Positions 36,378-49,570 of a stretch of DNA of 64,000 bases are shown in pieces. The notes under the pieces were generated by a model that saw only the letters and a program-made list of their open reading frames with translations, made no database searches and was not told the origin of the DNA. Position numbers and translations under genes: made by a program. Source of the stretch: Camelus dromedarius (Eukaryota). Each line of letters starts with the position of its first letter. Position 1 is the first letter of the stretch. The stretch is taken from positions 86,492,001 through 86,556,000 of the forward strand of contig NC_087436.1 of assembly GCF_036321535.1 (NCBI RefSeq). The letters are read 5' to 3'.

Positions 36378-37919
36378 ACTGTCCGTAGATAGATGAGTGC
36401 ATAGTTCTTCTAAACTAAACTCAGTGAAGGTAGTTATGTGAGAGGTCAAGAAAGAGACATGCAGACCTCTTGCCCCTGCTGACCTCAGTTCACAGAGTGT
36501 CAGAAGAAAGGACAGAATGCCTGTCACTCAAACTCTCTTCCTTCCATAAATCTATCTTTTCTCAGCTGGTTAGATAGAAAATAAAGAGTAGAATTTATGG
36601 TTCTTTGTCACATTCCTCAGTGACAGCCACTCCCGTTACTAAAAGGCAATTTCTCTGGCCCTTGAACTCTTTGATTTAAGTAGATAAATCTCTTCCCTTT
36701 TCGGGACTAGCCCAATGGGGAAACGCTGATGGTTACACCCGCTGACTTCTTAATACTGAGAACAGCCCACCCTAGTGAAGGAAATTCCTAAATCTATTCA
36801 TTCACCCCTTGGACAGGAAGATGCTGCCATACTCCTGGGGTGGCCACCAAACGCTGGGAAATCTAGCCTGTCTTTTGGAATGTTCCTAGGGAGCTCTGTC
36901 ATGGCTCCAGTGTCCAAAGCTTTCTAAGAGTTCCCTTGCCAAGGGAGCCTGAAGGATTTTTGCTTTGTGTTAGCTCCATGGTGTATCCCCAAGTACAGAG
37001 CAAATCTATGCTTTTAAATATGTCTCCTGCCCCATGAGAAAACACACAGGCGGAAGTACAGTTAAGCTAAATTTTCAGCCCTTATTTTTGGCCCAGGGGC
37101 TGCCTGCCTGAGTTCTTATCGCCCAGATTATCTCCTGGCGCACTGGTGATTTTGTGGACTTGATCACCTGCAGCTGGCAAGAATCAGGGCATTGTCTGAG
37201 GGCCAGGGCCAAGCATTGCCTCTCCCTCACTCTTTTGAAGATGGAGAAGAGCGTTTTGACTGTGCTGCGTGTAATCCTTACCCAGACTTCCTCCACTCCA
37301 TTGCCACACCTCTCTGTTACTCTAAATACCCTCTTTGAGCCAACCTCACAGAACTGGTTCTCTGAGTTTGCAACAGTGACCTTCCAGAAACACCCTGAGC
37401 TCAGTCTGGCACGAGCCTCAGAGTCTCTGCTTGGCCATCTGTCAAAGAGGCCCTTCTGGTGCTGAAGTAACCGATCCCACCCGAGATGTCCTCCAGGTCA
37501 CCTGACATGGAATCCCGCTCCGTCCTGGAACAGGACAGCCCTAGAGTTCCCCAGGCTTTACTACAAGAGTCCTGGCTAGTGCTGTGTTTTCTGACAGACT
37601 TCATTGTATAAACTTCTTTCCAAGGACCATAAACAAATACATAGGCTTATACCTACACGTGTGCATAAACACCTCAATATAGACTACATTGTTTTCTCTT
37701 AGCTCACTTTTAATTTGCCTTCTTTATCACTAAAGTGAAATTCTAAACAGTGAGTTCAACATACCTTTTGGGCTTTATTCCTGAAGAGTGAGGCTTATCA
37801 TTGTTAAGACTTTTAATGTTTTGTAGACTAATAAAAAGTTGTCACCAGCTGGCACTGAGTGGCTAGGAAATATCTGGAAAAGGTGCCTTGTGTTCAGCAG
37901 GTACTCAGTTCATGGAATA

Positions 37920-38140
37920 ATAATAGTCACTGAGTTCTTCTCATGTGCAGATACTGTCAATCTCTTTACAAGACTTAGCTTATATTGTTTAATTCTCATG
38001 ATTCTGAGAAGTACTATTGTAATTTCCACTTTTTAGGTGGAAAAACTGAGGTTTAAAGAGGTTAAGTCACTTGTCCAAAGTCACCAAGCAGCAAGACTGG
38101 GTTTGAAACCAGGTCTGCTACTCATCCAAGCTCTTAACAG
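37920..38140 (-). mobile_element. MIR SINE
   Basis: ggtggaaaaactgaggtttaaagaggttaagtcacttgtccaaagtcac. Confidence 0.85.
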
Positions 38141-38346
38141 GATGGAGGAGGGCAGGGAGGGAGGCGGTGAGAGGGTGAGAGGTCTTGGGCAGCCCGCCCT
38201 TCACATCCCCTCAAGCTTCCTGACCAGCCCTCTATGTCCATACTGTGGTGACTGTCTGCTTAGTGCACAAAGAACTGCTCTTTCAGAATTGGCATCCATC
38301 ACACTCTCCATGCACTCGGTTGACATCTGATTAAATGATCGAGATC

Positions 38347-38558
38347 CAGGTTTCCCAGCCTCGCCAACACCAGCACTCAGGGCTGGATGATTCTTGGCTG
38401 TGGGAGCTGTCTTGTGCAGTGCAGGATACGTAGCAGCATCCCCAGCTACTGCCCACTAGACGCCACTGACACCTCCCAAGTTTTGACTATTAACAATGTC
38501 TCCAGATGTTGCCAGATGCCCCCTGGAGAGCAAAACCCCCCTGTATGGAGAAGCACCG
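38347..38558. mobile_element. MER20 (hAT-Charlie)
   Basis: gggctggatgattcttggctgtgggagctgtcttgtgcagtgcagg...aatgtctccagatgttgccagatgccccctgg. Confidence 0.85.
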
Positions 38559-39454
38559 CACCAGACATTATGACAGACAAGAGATGAGAGGAGATAAGAG
38601 TTCCTCGGAGGGGATGCTGAAATTCCCCAGAGAGTAAGAGCTTCTGTGGGTGTGGCTGGGAGGCCTCTGGGAATTCTTCAGACAAAGCAACCCTCTCAGT
38701 CACTGCACCATTCTGACCTCAAACTAATTGAAAAAAGCCAAGACTCTGACCACCCAAAGGAAGTCTCAGGCCCTGTAGGCTTGCAGATGTGTGGAGCAAG
38801 GGAGTTCCTCCAAAAGGCCCCAAGGGCTGTGATTGACCCTCCCCATGTCACCATTTAGGTAGGAAATTTGTATCTCTCTGGGAAATGGTCCTTTCTTCCA
38901 TAGCCATCTCTGTAGTGTTCATCTGACCCCAATCATCAATGGCTAAAGAGTAATTATGGCAGATATGACTTTAGGGGGCATGGGGTACATGAGAAGTGTC
39001 CAAGCTGTCTGGTCTCTCATGGTCTTTCACAAGCTGGCCAGTGGGCCAGGAGAGCCCTTTGTGTCAGGCCCCACACTGGGCCCCCAACTTAAAATTTTGA
39101 CATCATCTCCGATGTTATATACATGCTGAGTGTTTGCATATATTTAAACATACATAAATGTTTAAATATATACATTTAAAATGTACCATGTTTTTCGTAT
39201 GTCTATTTTGCAATTTCTTTTATTTTTAATATTCCAAAAGCCTCAAAAAGCCCAGGCCCAACTTGACTTCTGGCATGGCCTGCTTTCATCATTATAAGGC
39301 AGAGCAAGGCACATAGGGAGTGTGACCTCCAGGGGCTAGAAACCCTGGGCCCCCAAATTGTTCCCCACGTGCTCTGATTAGTGCTAAAAATTCCATGAAA
39401 ACTGTCTATACAATGTCTTACATTTCAGGATAATTCTGTAAATAAAAAATATCC

Positions 39455-40320
39455 CTGGAAGAATGTATAATGACCCCCTCAAATCATGAGAAAATAGACA
39501 AGCCAATTTAAGAAATGATCAAAAGATTTAGAGTCACTTTGCCAAAAGAAGATATACAGGTAACAAATAAACACATGGAAAAGATGCTCAACATCAGTAG
39601 TCTTTAGGGAAAAGCAAATTCAAACCAGACACCATTACATACCTATTAGAATAAACCTAAAAAAAAAATAACCATACCAAATATTGGAAAATATAAGTAG
39701 GAACTGGAATTGCTGGTGGGAAAAAAATGGTTCAACCCCTTAGTTGGGCAGTTTCTTAAAAAGTTGAGCATATACCTTCCATGTGATCCATCCATTGCAC
39801 TCCTCAGCATTTATTGAGAAATGAAAGCTTATAACCATACAAAGACTTGTACACATATATTTATAACAGCTTTATTAGTCATCACTCCAAACTGGAAACA
39901 ACCCAAATGCCCACCAACGGGGTAGACTATGGTACGCCCATACAATGGAATACTACTCAGCAGTCAAAAGGAATGAACTACTGATATACACAATATGAAT
40001 GAATCGCAAAAGTATTATGCTGAGTGGAAAAAGCCAGACCCCCCCCAAAAAAATACTGTCTAATTCCATTTATTCTTTAAGATAAATGTGCATTGGCTAA
40101 TTCTAGATTCTAGAAAACACAAATAATCTGTAGTTATAGAAAGCAGATTGATGGTTGCCTGGGGATGTGGTGGTGGAGGGAGGAGCCAGAGGAGGGATTA
40201 CAAAGAAATATAAGGAAACTTTAGGGGGTGATAGACATGTTTATTAGTTTGATTGTGGTGATAGCTTCATGGGCATACCTGGGTGCCAAATCAGATTGTA
40301 CATGTTAAATATGTGCATTG
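39455..40320 (+). mobile_element. Old L1 (L1MB/MC/ME-like) ORF2 end and 3' UTR
   Basis: aaagatgctcaacatcagtag...ggaaaagcaaattcaaacc; actggaaacaacccaaatgccc; gatggttgcctgggga. Confidence 0.8.
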
Positions 40321-41971
40321 GGATGGAACTCGGGAGCTACGCTGCTGTGAGGGGGACAGAGGCGCAGTCATTAATTAAATCCCCTTGGGTGATTTTTCCA
40401 CATCCCTCTCCTCGGGCTGAGCACAGAGGCTGAAGCCATCGGTCTTGAGCACTGTCTGGTTAGTGTTACTGGAGTCAAGGGTGAGAAACTCACACTTCTG
40501 AGTGGGCGAAAGCCCTGCCGTGACACCCTCTCATACTGCCTGAAGGGCACCTTTTATCTGGGTGAGTCCTCATGAGGCCAGAAGAGATTAGCTCAAAATA
40601 CATCAGATGTATTTGCATGGCTAAAAAACCCCTCCTTCTTAGAGAGGAGAGACAAGAGGGTGCCTCCCCACCAGAGCGGAGAAAGTGGCTGAGCAGCTTG
40701 GATCCCCTCCAGCATATTCAGGCCAAAAAACTGTGCAATGTCCCAGTGTTCACTGAGGAAATCAAAAGCACACACACACATGCAGCAGCAGCAGCAGCAG
40801 AGCTGAGACGCCTCCGAGGCTGGGGTCTGCAGGTGCAAGCTCCAATTAGAGCAGCCGGCCTTCCAGTACCTTTTCATCCCGAACAAGGGCTGGGCTTCAG
40901 CCCCCGCCAGGGATTGAGGAAGGTCCCGGAAGGACTGCCGACCAGACTGGAGGAAACAAAGACTGTCCAAATAAAAGCAGCTCATGTGAGTCGAACCTGA
41001 AACACTCCCTTCATTTTAAATACTCTTGTGAGAATTAACCAGTGCACATTTTGTGGAAAATCAGTCACTGGCCACGAGGAAACAAACCGCCTTCCAAGGC
41101 CCTCCATTTCCTCAGTGAAGTTGTCCTGGGGAGTTTTCTTTTACAAACCAGTGAGGCGCGGTATTTCTGTAAATGGCACAGTCTCATTGTTTGTTTCCAC
41201 TGTTGACAACAGTTCCCCCTAAACTGATGTGTTTTTCAGGGTTACGGATACAGAGTGATCCCTCTGTAACTGGTGGCTCTTGATCATCAGTACTGCATCA
41301 AGGCTTAAAACAAATCACTTGTGCCCCTTATTATTAGCAAATGTCTGTGTTTGATATGCTTGCCAATGATCTATCCTCAACAGAAAAACACTAAGACCAC
41401 AGACTCATTTTCTCCACTCCTCTCCTTCTCCGTCCTAATGTCTCTTTTACTAATTTTTTAAAGAGATGGCTAGAAAGGACAAGAAGCTTATATAGAGCTC
41501 TGTGCTTCCTCTATAATCAAGTCAGCTTGTCCACAGCCAAGGAAACGTTCTAGGAAAAGGACATCTCTGCAGGAGGGCCACTTCCTGGTGGGCTCTCTGA
41601 GCTGCTTAGCCACTGTCACCACCCTCTGTCAGGGGCTGCTTCCTCCCTTTCCTAACAATCTCACTTGGTTTTTTTTAATATCTAAATATCCAAAGGAGTG
41701 CCAACAAAAGAATGTTAAAAACCTATATTCTCACCACAGCTGTCAAACTATTGTTCTGTGTTTCCTTCCAGATTTTGGTCCTTGGACATACATTTTTATC
41801 TACTTAATATATGCATGTATGTGTATGTATATGTGTGTATACATATATATAATTATTATTATTCCTCTGACTTGACTTCTCCACTGAGTTTGTAATCATG
41901 AGATATAAATGAAGTTGCTGGTAAGTTAGCAACAGAAGAAATAGTCCTTTTGATACTTTAATATCCAGAAA

Positions 41972-42556
41972 CAGTCCATTCTCACTAGTAAATAACTAGT
42001 GCTCCTAGGGGAAATACAGAATTAGGTTCCTATGTGCCTCTGGTTATAGCAGTTTCATTAGTTTATCTAACATAATCTTGTTTTATCTGTTTCTGTATAA
42101 AGACACCTTATTTAACATGTATCATTTATTCATCAACATTGAACTCACTGCCAGCAGCGCTGCAAGTTGTGTCTGAATAAAGCTCATCTAACACACCTGT
42201 TTTCTCTGGAAGGCACATCACAGGCTTCTTACACATAGGAACACATGAGAATTATATTTGGGGGCTATTTTAAATGGTAAAATCACCAGCAACAAGCACA
42301 AAAATGCAAAAAAAAAAAAAGTGGCACTGAGTAGGCTATGAAAAGGACACTTTTGTTCACAGTATGAGAACTGAAGCAAGAAGGCATTTGCCTTGTGTGA
42401 CCTCAGCTGGGAGCACGTGCATCAGGCAACTCAAAATTTTCACTGCTCTGCAAATGATTATGACAGTGCCATGAGTCTAAATTTGGGTTTATAAATAAAC
42501 TTTAGTGAGTAAGTAAATTTGCAAATATGGGATCCATGAATAATGAGGATTGATTG
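41972..42556 (+). mobile_element. MER82-like TcMar-Tigger MITE
   Basis: cagtccattctc...gctcctaggggaaatacag...ggatccatgaataatgaggattgattg followed by TA. Confidence 0.8.
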
Positions 42557-42759
42557 TACTTATGTTGTATTAATGCAGTATATTGTGAAGACAGGAGTTG
42601 AGTGGCCTTTCATATATGTCCCTTTGAAAATAATTTGTTGTTGATTGCTAAAAATGCTACCATGGTGTCTCCCTCCTATCATGATGAATCATTTCCTGCT
42701 AAAGTGGTGGTTTCAGGAGAACCTGGTGGAGCCTTCTGTCTTCCTTCCAAGATCATCTT

Positions 42760-43235
42760 CAAAAGTGTAGGTCTGTTTGAGTGGAGTCCACTTGGTTTGA
42801 AGTCAGGAGGTCTGAGTTTGAGTGATGCTTCAGGTCTCAGTCTCTATCAGCAGCCTGACCTTGAACAAGGCATACATTTCCTCACCTGTTAAAAGGGAAG
42901 TCCAGAGTTCATCCATTCTAAGACAGTCATTCTTTCACATCTTAACATATCTGAAACTGCATGGTCTTTTTATTTTGTTTTGTTTCGGTTCTACAATTGA
43001 TGGTGTGTCGTGGTTTAATTGGCAGCACTCTGTTTTCTCTCCGGGTGGTACATAAAGATGTATATTCTACCCTTTGGCATCTTAGAGGTGATGAAATACA
43101 GAAATAATATTACCTACCTCATGGTATCTTAAGGACTGGGCAATGCTACAGCTTCCAAGTATCATTGTGAACAAGTAAACAGTGTGAAAGGATGTGTACA
43201 GTGCAAAGCACTTGCAAATTAAGGAATTATTATCA
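42760..43235 (+). mobile_element. MIR-family SINE split by a MER104-like element
   Basis: gaccttgaacaaggc...tttcctcacctgttaaaaggg, then ataatattacctacctcatgg...gtacagtgcaaagcacttg. Confidence 0.6.
42903..43101. mobile_element. MER104-like TcMar-Tc2 MITE
   Basis: Degenerate TIRs ttcatccattctaagac / gcatcttagaggtgatgaaatacag; interior gtttaattggcagcac. Confidence 0.7.
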
Positions 43236-44039
43236 TGATTGGGAGTATTTCCTTGCTCCTGGAATAGATCCATCTTTTATTTTTTAAGTTCCTTAGGAAA
43301 TTTTATAAAACTTGCACCATGATCCCCTTTGACTCTATATTTTTCATGCAATTTTTGGTATAAGCAGATTCATTTAGTGGATCATGAAATGTTTAAGTCA
43401 TTGGAAAGAGATTCCAAAAAGAGTTTGAGAACTACTGCTTTGGGAAAAGCAAAACGCAAGCTCCTTGGGGGCCAAAGCAGTCCTTTCTTCATGCCTATGA
43501 TGTTGCAACTGTGAGGCTGCATGGGATCTGATTGTTGGGATTCTCTTATTTGCGTTATGAGACTCTTTGCCAGTGGAAATTGGATTTCCTCTCATAAAAC
43601 TGTGTTTGCGTATGGTCTGTTGTCTCAGTAGTAAAAGGAATGTGAAACAATTGAGGTAGTAATTCAGTCCTAAGTGATTAATACAACCCCAGATTCTTCC
43701 ATGTAGGTCATCACCTCAATTGCTCTTTTTGGGGGGAAGGGTTGTTACTCAGATCCTGTGTACCAGAGAAAGCTGACCAAACAGATGTTTTAAACTACAG
43801 CCTTTGGCCATGTTTTCTTGTACATGTTTGTTTGTTCCTTGATATAAAGGAAAAATAAAAATCCAAGACATTTCTCTGGAGTCTAAATATGGACATATGG
43901 TGGGATGAGCTAACTGCATGCGTAGGGCTGAATGTCTGCCAAGGGTTTTCTCCCTCAGAGTAAAATATGGAGGTCGCTTTGTCTGCTGTCTTGTTGCCAA
44001 AGTACTTTTCCAAAGTGCTATTTTGTTAGGTGCCTGTGT

Positions 44040-44720
44040 GTGACTGTTTCAACACAACTAAATATGAGCATTACCATTTTCATGTTCCTAGTTTCAAAGC
44101 CTGGCCCTCGAAGGTGAAATGATTTGTGTAAGATCACAAGAGCAAGGAACAGAATCACCTTAACACCCAGATCCTGCCTCAAAGCCCTGCTTATTCTGTT
44201 CTAAGGGGCAACAAAGGGCCAAACAGTGTCCCCAAGATGTGGTTACAATAGCCCTGCCATCTGCTTTTCCTACCACCTTCTCCGAGGGGAAGTACAAACC
44301 CGGCTACTTTGTCCACGTTGTTGTCTTCTTACCACAGTGACGTGCATAAGCAGGTACTTGCTAATTTTCCTGAGACAGTGTTTTGTTTTCCCTCAAGCCT
44401 GGCATGGAGATATCCCTTTCACCCCACAACTCCTCCTCCTCCCTTAAATAAAAGGAGAGAGAAAAAGTAGTAGATGTGCGGTCTCCATGACGTTCCTCTT
44501 TGATTTCTGTCCTCGATAGCAGGTATTGTCCTTGGAAGTTATTACTTTTGAAGAGCTGGCCAATAATGATTAGCATCTCCTTTTCTTAAATGTAGTGCAA
44601 GAACACAGAGATTTTAATTGACCTGCCCAGAGTCACACAGGAATTAGCAGTGGACCCAGAAGAGGGGCCCAGGCTCTCATTCCCCTTCATTGGCCGTATC
44701 AGCCCACACTGCTGTTTTAT
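44040..44720 (-). mobile_element. Two degenerate MIR fragments (about 44040-44200 and 44545-44720)
   Basis: aggtgaaatgatttgtgtaagatcac; ttaattgacctgcccagagtcacacagg. Confidence 0.55.
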
Positions 44721-45252
44721 GTACACTTAGTAAATATTTACAGCCCTAGATATCTTCCCCATCGCGGTTAGCACAAGCAGTACTTTCATATACATGCATG
44801 TGCATGCAAAGCAGATGTGAGAACTGTAAACCTGAACTAAACGGACACGATGCCCTGACAGTGAGAGTACTGGACTACAACCTAGGAGAGCCAAGATTAA
44901 GACTACTGCTTTGTCCTTTTCCATCTCTTGGTTGTTCTTTAATGTTCTGAACAGAGAATACACCTTTGACAACGAGACCTAAAATCTGCTCCTACACTGC
45001 ACCTACTGTGCACTACTACTGAGAAAGGACAAGGAAAATGTCCACTGCATTGCAACCCTCCCAAATTCATGATACCCTAAAACATCCTATGTTGGGAAAA
45101 GCAGTAAAAGATGTAAGGCAGCTGGTTTTTGTGTTGGATAGAATATTGATCAAATCATGCCCCTACTTCCCAGGAGACATTTTTCACATTAAATCATATA
45201 TAACTTACACCAAGATATGGGTTCTACTTTTCTTAATAATAATATTGAAATA

Positions 45253-45470
45253 CAGTTGACCCTGGAATGATGTGGAGGTTGGGGCAACGAAGTTGAAGAT
45301 CCACATATAACTTATAGTCAGCTCTTGGTATCCATGGTTCCTCCATCTATACGGTTCACGTCCACAGATTCAACCAGCGTCCGATCATGTAGCACTGTGT
45401 TTACTATTGAAAAAAATTATGTAGGAATGGATTCATGGTATTCAAACCTGTGTTATTCAAGGGTCAGTTG
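45253..45470. mobile_element. Tigger2-derived MITE
   Basis: TIRs cagttgaccctggaat / attcaagggtcagttg with TA on both sides (45251-52, 45471-72). Confidence 0.85.
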
Positions 45471-45599
45471 TAATTGCAATATATTAACATTGAATGGACT
45501 CATTCGATTCTAATCACATATATTCTTTAATATCAGATACTCGAGGAAGGAGAACACCTATCTAAATGGAAGTTTATATTGTTTTAAATTAGATTCTTT

Positions 45600-46150
45600 T
45601 AAACTTTGTAGTAAGTTCTGTGACATAGCCTCAATTCAGACTAACTAAAGAAAAAGAGAGATTTCATTGACTTACGTAACTGGGAGGTCCCGAGGTGGGA
45701 TCTGTCTCAAACAATCTCGGTGTTCTCTTCTCTCTCCACATCCAGCCTGCGTGTCTCTCCTGCTTCCGAGCACTGGTAGCATTCTATCCTCCTCACCCCC
45801 GGTGACAGGAAAGAGGGGTGGCGGGCTCATCCTAACTGCTTGTTTTAAAAGCAAGGACAGCAACTGCTGTCCTTCTTCCTCTTATTCCAAAATGCTGGGG
45901 AAGGATTCTGATTGACTTGATGAACAAGCCATCCCTTGGACCAGTCCAATCCCCGTGACCAGAGAGAAGAGGACTGTGGTCAGTGGAGGCTGGGTCATTT
46001 GCCCACCCTCCCTGAGAGGGGTAAAGGTGAGTTGGTTGGGCAATGAGATGCCATGATCACAGCCCCACTAGGACCAGGGATTGGAGGTAGAGCTCCCCAG
46101 AGGAGAGGGAGTGCCAATGCCAGAAGAAGGAGAGAAAGACACAAAATATT
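45600..46150 (-). mobile_element. ERVL LTR33-like solo LTR
   Basis: gagatttcattgacttacgtaactgggagg...gggaaggattctgattgac...ccaatccccgtgaccag...gggtcatttgcccacc. Confidence 0.55.
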
Positions 46151-47064
46151 AATTAGCTCAGGCTGTCCCACTGGGCTTATGATGATTATTATTATAAAAA
46201 TCCACTTGAGCAGCTGGTATTGGGTACTCAAGGCTGATATGTGACTTTCAGATTTCCCACCCCCTTCAATGTAGAGTGTAACACATGACAGGCATGACTT
46301 ACCATATACTGCATGCCCTGCGGAGTTGCAATGCTTTCATAATATCCTTAACACGAATACGAGTAACAAAACACGTTGTGTTCATTTGGTTTCTGCCCAG
46401 GGTTCCAGTGCTTCCCAAATAACATTTTGTGGATTCTAGGAGGTCCCTTGTGATGTAGCTGGCACGTATTTTGCTACAGAGCCTTTCTCGTGATGGAGAA
46501 ACTAGGCCCTAAGGAGGTTATGCAATCTCCCCAAAGTCCTGCAACTAGTTTGTGGCTGAGCCAGTAAGCGCTTGTCTCAAGTCCTGAGTGTGGGGATCTT
46601 GAAGTGAGCTCCCTTCTGCTCCACCGTTTGGCCCAGAAGTTGAAGATTTATGTTGACGAGGGTTCCTATGTCAAGCACTAGTGTAATTGGTTTTTAATGG
46701 CCTTTATTTTCATCTTATAAAGAAAATAGCATATCCTGTCCTGGCTAAACACTATTTCGGGAAAAGCCACAAACCATCCCCCTAAGTCCTATTTATAACA
46801 CTGAACCCAACCTAAGTCTGCTGAGCTGGTAGAAACTGATAACTTCACTGCAGCTTCCCTGGCCGTGGCCCACAGGACGAGAATCTGTATTCTGGTTATT
46901 ACTGTTATATCTGGTTATATCTTTCTTAGTCTGTCATGACTGGAGGAAGTGAAAAGCACTACCAGAGCACTAAGCACTAAGAAAATCATAGTGCATGGGG
47001 ACCAAAAAGGTCAGTGGAGAACCAAGAGGGAGGTGGCAGGAAGGTCCCAGGAGGCAAGGGAAGC

Positions 47065-47320
47065 TGTCATTACTGAATCCCTACTACCTATGTGCCATGG
47101 ACTTTCACATCCATTCTCTTGTGGCTTTTAATGTCATCACCACAATGTCCTTGCAAGGATGTGTGGCCACCCTGTATTGTATAGAGAAGGAAACAGGATC
47201 CTAGCATCCAGGTAACTTGATGGGTTCATACAGCTAAGAAGTGATGACATTGGGGCTGAACCCAGACGTAGCTGACTCCCAAGTCCATATTCTTTCTGCC
47301 CCACCCTTTCCATCACCTGC
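47065..47320 (-). mobile_element. MIR SINE
   Basis: agagaaggaaacagg...ggtaacttgatgggttcatacagctaagaagtgatg...gaacccagacgtagctgactcc. Confidence 0.7.
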
Positions 47321-47344
47321 GGTCTATCTAATCACTATTTGTTT

Positions 47345-47785
47345 TAAGACAGGTTATGCAGAAGCAGAGCCTGAGACAAGGATCTCTGTACAAAGGATTT
47401 CTTGAGGAAGTGCTCTATGGGGAAGGGGTGAAGGAGCAGCACAGGGCAGGGAAGTTCGAAGCAGGGAAATAGCCTTGCTCTCACTTTGGCCTGAGCTGAC
47501 AGGGAACACAAATTGCCCTTCAGAATTCATCCCACCTTGAGGCAAGAGAGTCAGACTTTGGCCCCTCTGCTAGTCAGTCATTATCTCTGGGCCATCCCTC
47601 TTGGCCTGGGTGGAGAGGGGTGTGGTGGGTGTAACATCTCAGGGGAGTGGCTGTTTAGCAGAAAGCAGGTCTCTGGAGAAGGAGGTGTCTGTAAGCCCTT
47701 AGCAGCCAGCTCCCAGCAGCTGGGGGATGGGAGCAGCAGCCCAGCAAAGGCAATCTGTGCAAGGCACCAGCATCCTCTCTGCACT
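47345..47785 (-). mobile_element. ERVL LTR16C-like solo LTR
   Basis: gcagaagcagagcctgagacaaggatc...cccaccttgaggcaagag...agcccttagcagccagctcccagcagctgggggatggg. Confidence 0.7.
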
Positions 47786-48336
47786 CAGCTACCAGCCTCT
47801 TACTGTGCAAGGAAAGAGAGGGGAGCTCTGAAGAAGAGGAACAGCTGCCCCAGTGGTCCCTGAGGACCTACTCCAAGTGCCAGGGTAGTTCCAAAGGCCT
47901 GGCCACTGCAGCAGCCAAACTGTAGGTAGCAGATGTTACACAGGGACAGTTCCTAGGACAATGAGGTCCTAGATCTGCCCCCCCAAACCACCCTACTCCC
48001 CTCAATGGCCCACCTGCCTCCCCTGTCAGGTCAAGATTCAATTAATTAGAAGAATTAGAGGACCAGGAGCTTAGAAGGGACCCAATGGCTGATTTCACTT
48101 TCACGTGACCTTCATTCATTTATCACATTCAAACATTTCACCATTTTCATATTTATCACCAGTTCGTTCTCCACTCACTCTTCCTTGCTTTTCTCCAGCA
48201 GATTTTATTTCAAAATTTCAAACGTGATAACTGTGGCATCTCATGAAGCCAAGAATTCTCAAGCACTTTAAGAAATTTATACCCAGGCTTTTCCCACCTT
48301 CAACGGCTTCTGAATCAATTCACCTGGGATTTCTTT

Positions 48337-48573
48337 CTTTTTTTTCTTTTTCTTTTCTTTTCTTTTCTTTTTTTACTATTGAAGTATAGTCGGTTTACTA
48401 TGTTGTGTTCATTTCTGGTGTACAGTGTAGTGATTCAATTATATATATTCCTTTTCATATTCTTTTTCATTATAGGCTATTACAAGGTATTGAATATACC
48501 TTATGCTGTATATATAGGTATACTGAATATACCCTGTGCTATACAGTAGGACCTTGCTGTTTATCTGTGTTTT
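48337..48573 (-). mobile_element. 5'-truncated L1 3' end
   Basis: T/(TTTTC) tail then actattgaagtatagtcgg...ccctgtgctatacagtagg; perfect 14-bp TSD cctgggatttcttt at 48323-48336 and 48574-48587. Confidence 0.9.
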
Positions 48574-48621
48574 CCTGGGATTTCTTTTAAGATGAGTCTA
48601 ATTGCAGCCAGGATCGAGAAT

Positions 48622-48812
48622 CACAGTGCCAGGCATACCTCAGTCATTTGGGGCCGGTATATTAGAATTACCTGGGCACTGAAGATACCACCCATGCTCA
48701 CGTCCCATCCCCGCAAAATTCTGATTTGTTTGGTCTTAAGTGAAAGTCTGATACCAGAGTTTTTTAAAGCTCTTCAGATGCTTCAGATGTGCAGTGCGGG
48801 TTCAGAACCACT
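48622..48812. mobile_element. MER5-type hAT-Charlie MITE
   Basis: attagaattacctggg...aaattctgatttgtttggtc...aaagctcttcagatg...ttcagaaccactg. Confidence 0.7.
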
Positions 48813-49349
48813 GGCTGGTGGAGCGGTGAAAGAGGGGTTTTGGGTTGTGCTGTGGGGAAACTTGTCAGGATGGGCAGGTTTGGAACTGTGTTGGGATCAG
48901 AGTCCTAAGGAAAAGGAAAGAAGCCCCCACGGACAGGAGCAGCAGAGGTGGAAAAAAGAAACTCTCACTTTTAATTTGACAACTAATAGCCAGTTTGATC
49001 ACATTTTCTATCAAGTGGAAAGAAAAACTAGATTTTTCAGAAATCTTTTTGTTTCTTCAGGCTTCCCCTTGGAGAGCTTTCTGTTAGTAGTTTTCTGTGG
49101 GAGGTCCACAAGGAGGATCCTCCCAAAAATGGTGGGTGGAGAGGGGATTATTGTATCTGAGATTAAACCCAGAATGAATTTACTCAATCCAGGCAGGTCA
49201 GGCTCCTGTAGTATCCCACTCCACTCCTGATCCTTCACCCCCACTGGGTGTACAGACCCCATGAAAAACCAGCCATTGGATACAGACATTGTTTCCAAGT
49301 GGCTGTATCCTTCATGTGCATGGCCCTTTGCCCTCCTCCCCCACCCATC

Positions 49350-49375
49350 TCACACACACACACACACACACACAC
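49350..49375. repeat. (CA)n microsatellite
   Basis: Read directly. Confidence 0.9.
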
Positions 49376-49570
49376 CCCGCTCTGTATTGACCCAACCCCT
49401 AGGACTCACTTCTCGCCCAGTGGGCCTTACTGCAAAGTCTTCGCCTAGTTCTCGTTGGCTCTCCTGGACTGGCTTGCTTGAGCTGGTCTCTGCAGCCAGG
49501 TAGGCCCTGACCCACCCAGGTAGGCTCATGCCCTGTCTGGAGTCACACTTCCAACTTTTAAAAGCTGATA

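Noticed and set aside
36101..36527. F/S/L-rich and K/E/R-rich ORFs
   Set aside because: Translations of the pentanucleotide repeat
40572..41000. Overlapping 142-aa and 130-aa ORFs with poly-Ala and poly-Cys
   Set aside because: The runs come from a short (CA)n(GCA)n repeat; no recognisable homology
48592..49230. Longest ORF (212 aa)
   Set aside because: Begins in a MER5 MITE, has no recognisable domain and no supporting splice structure; consistent with chance
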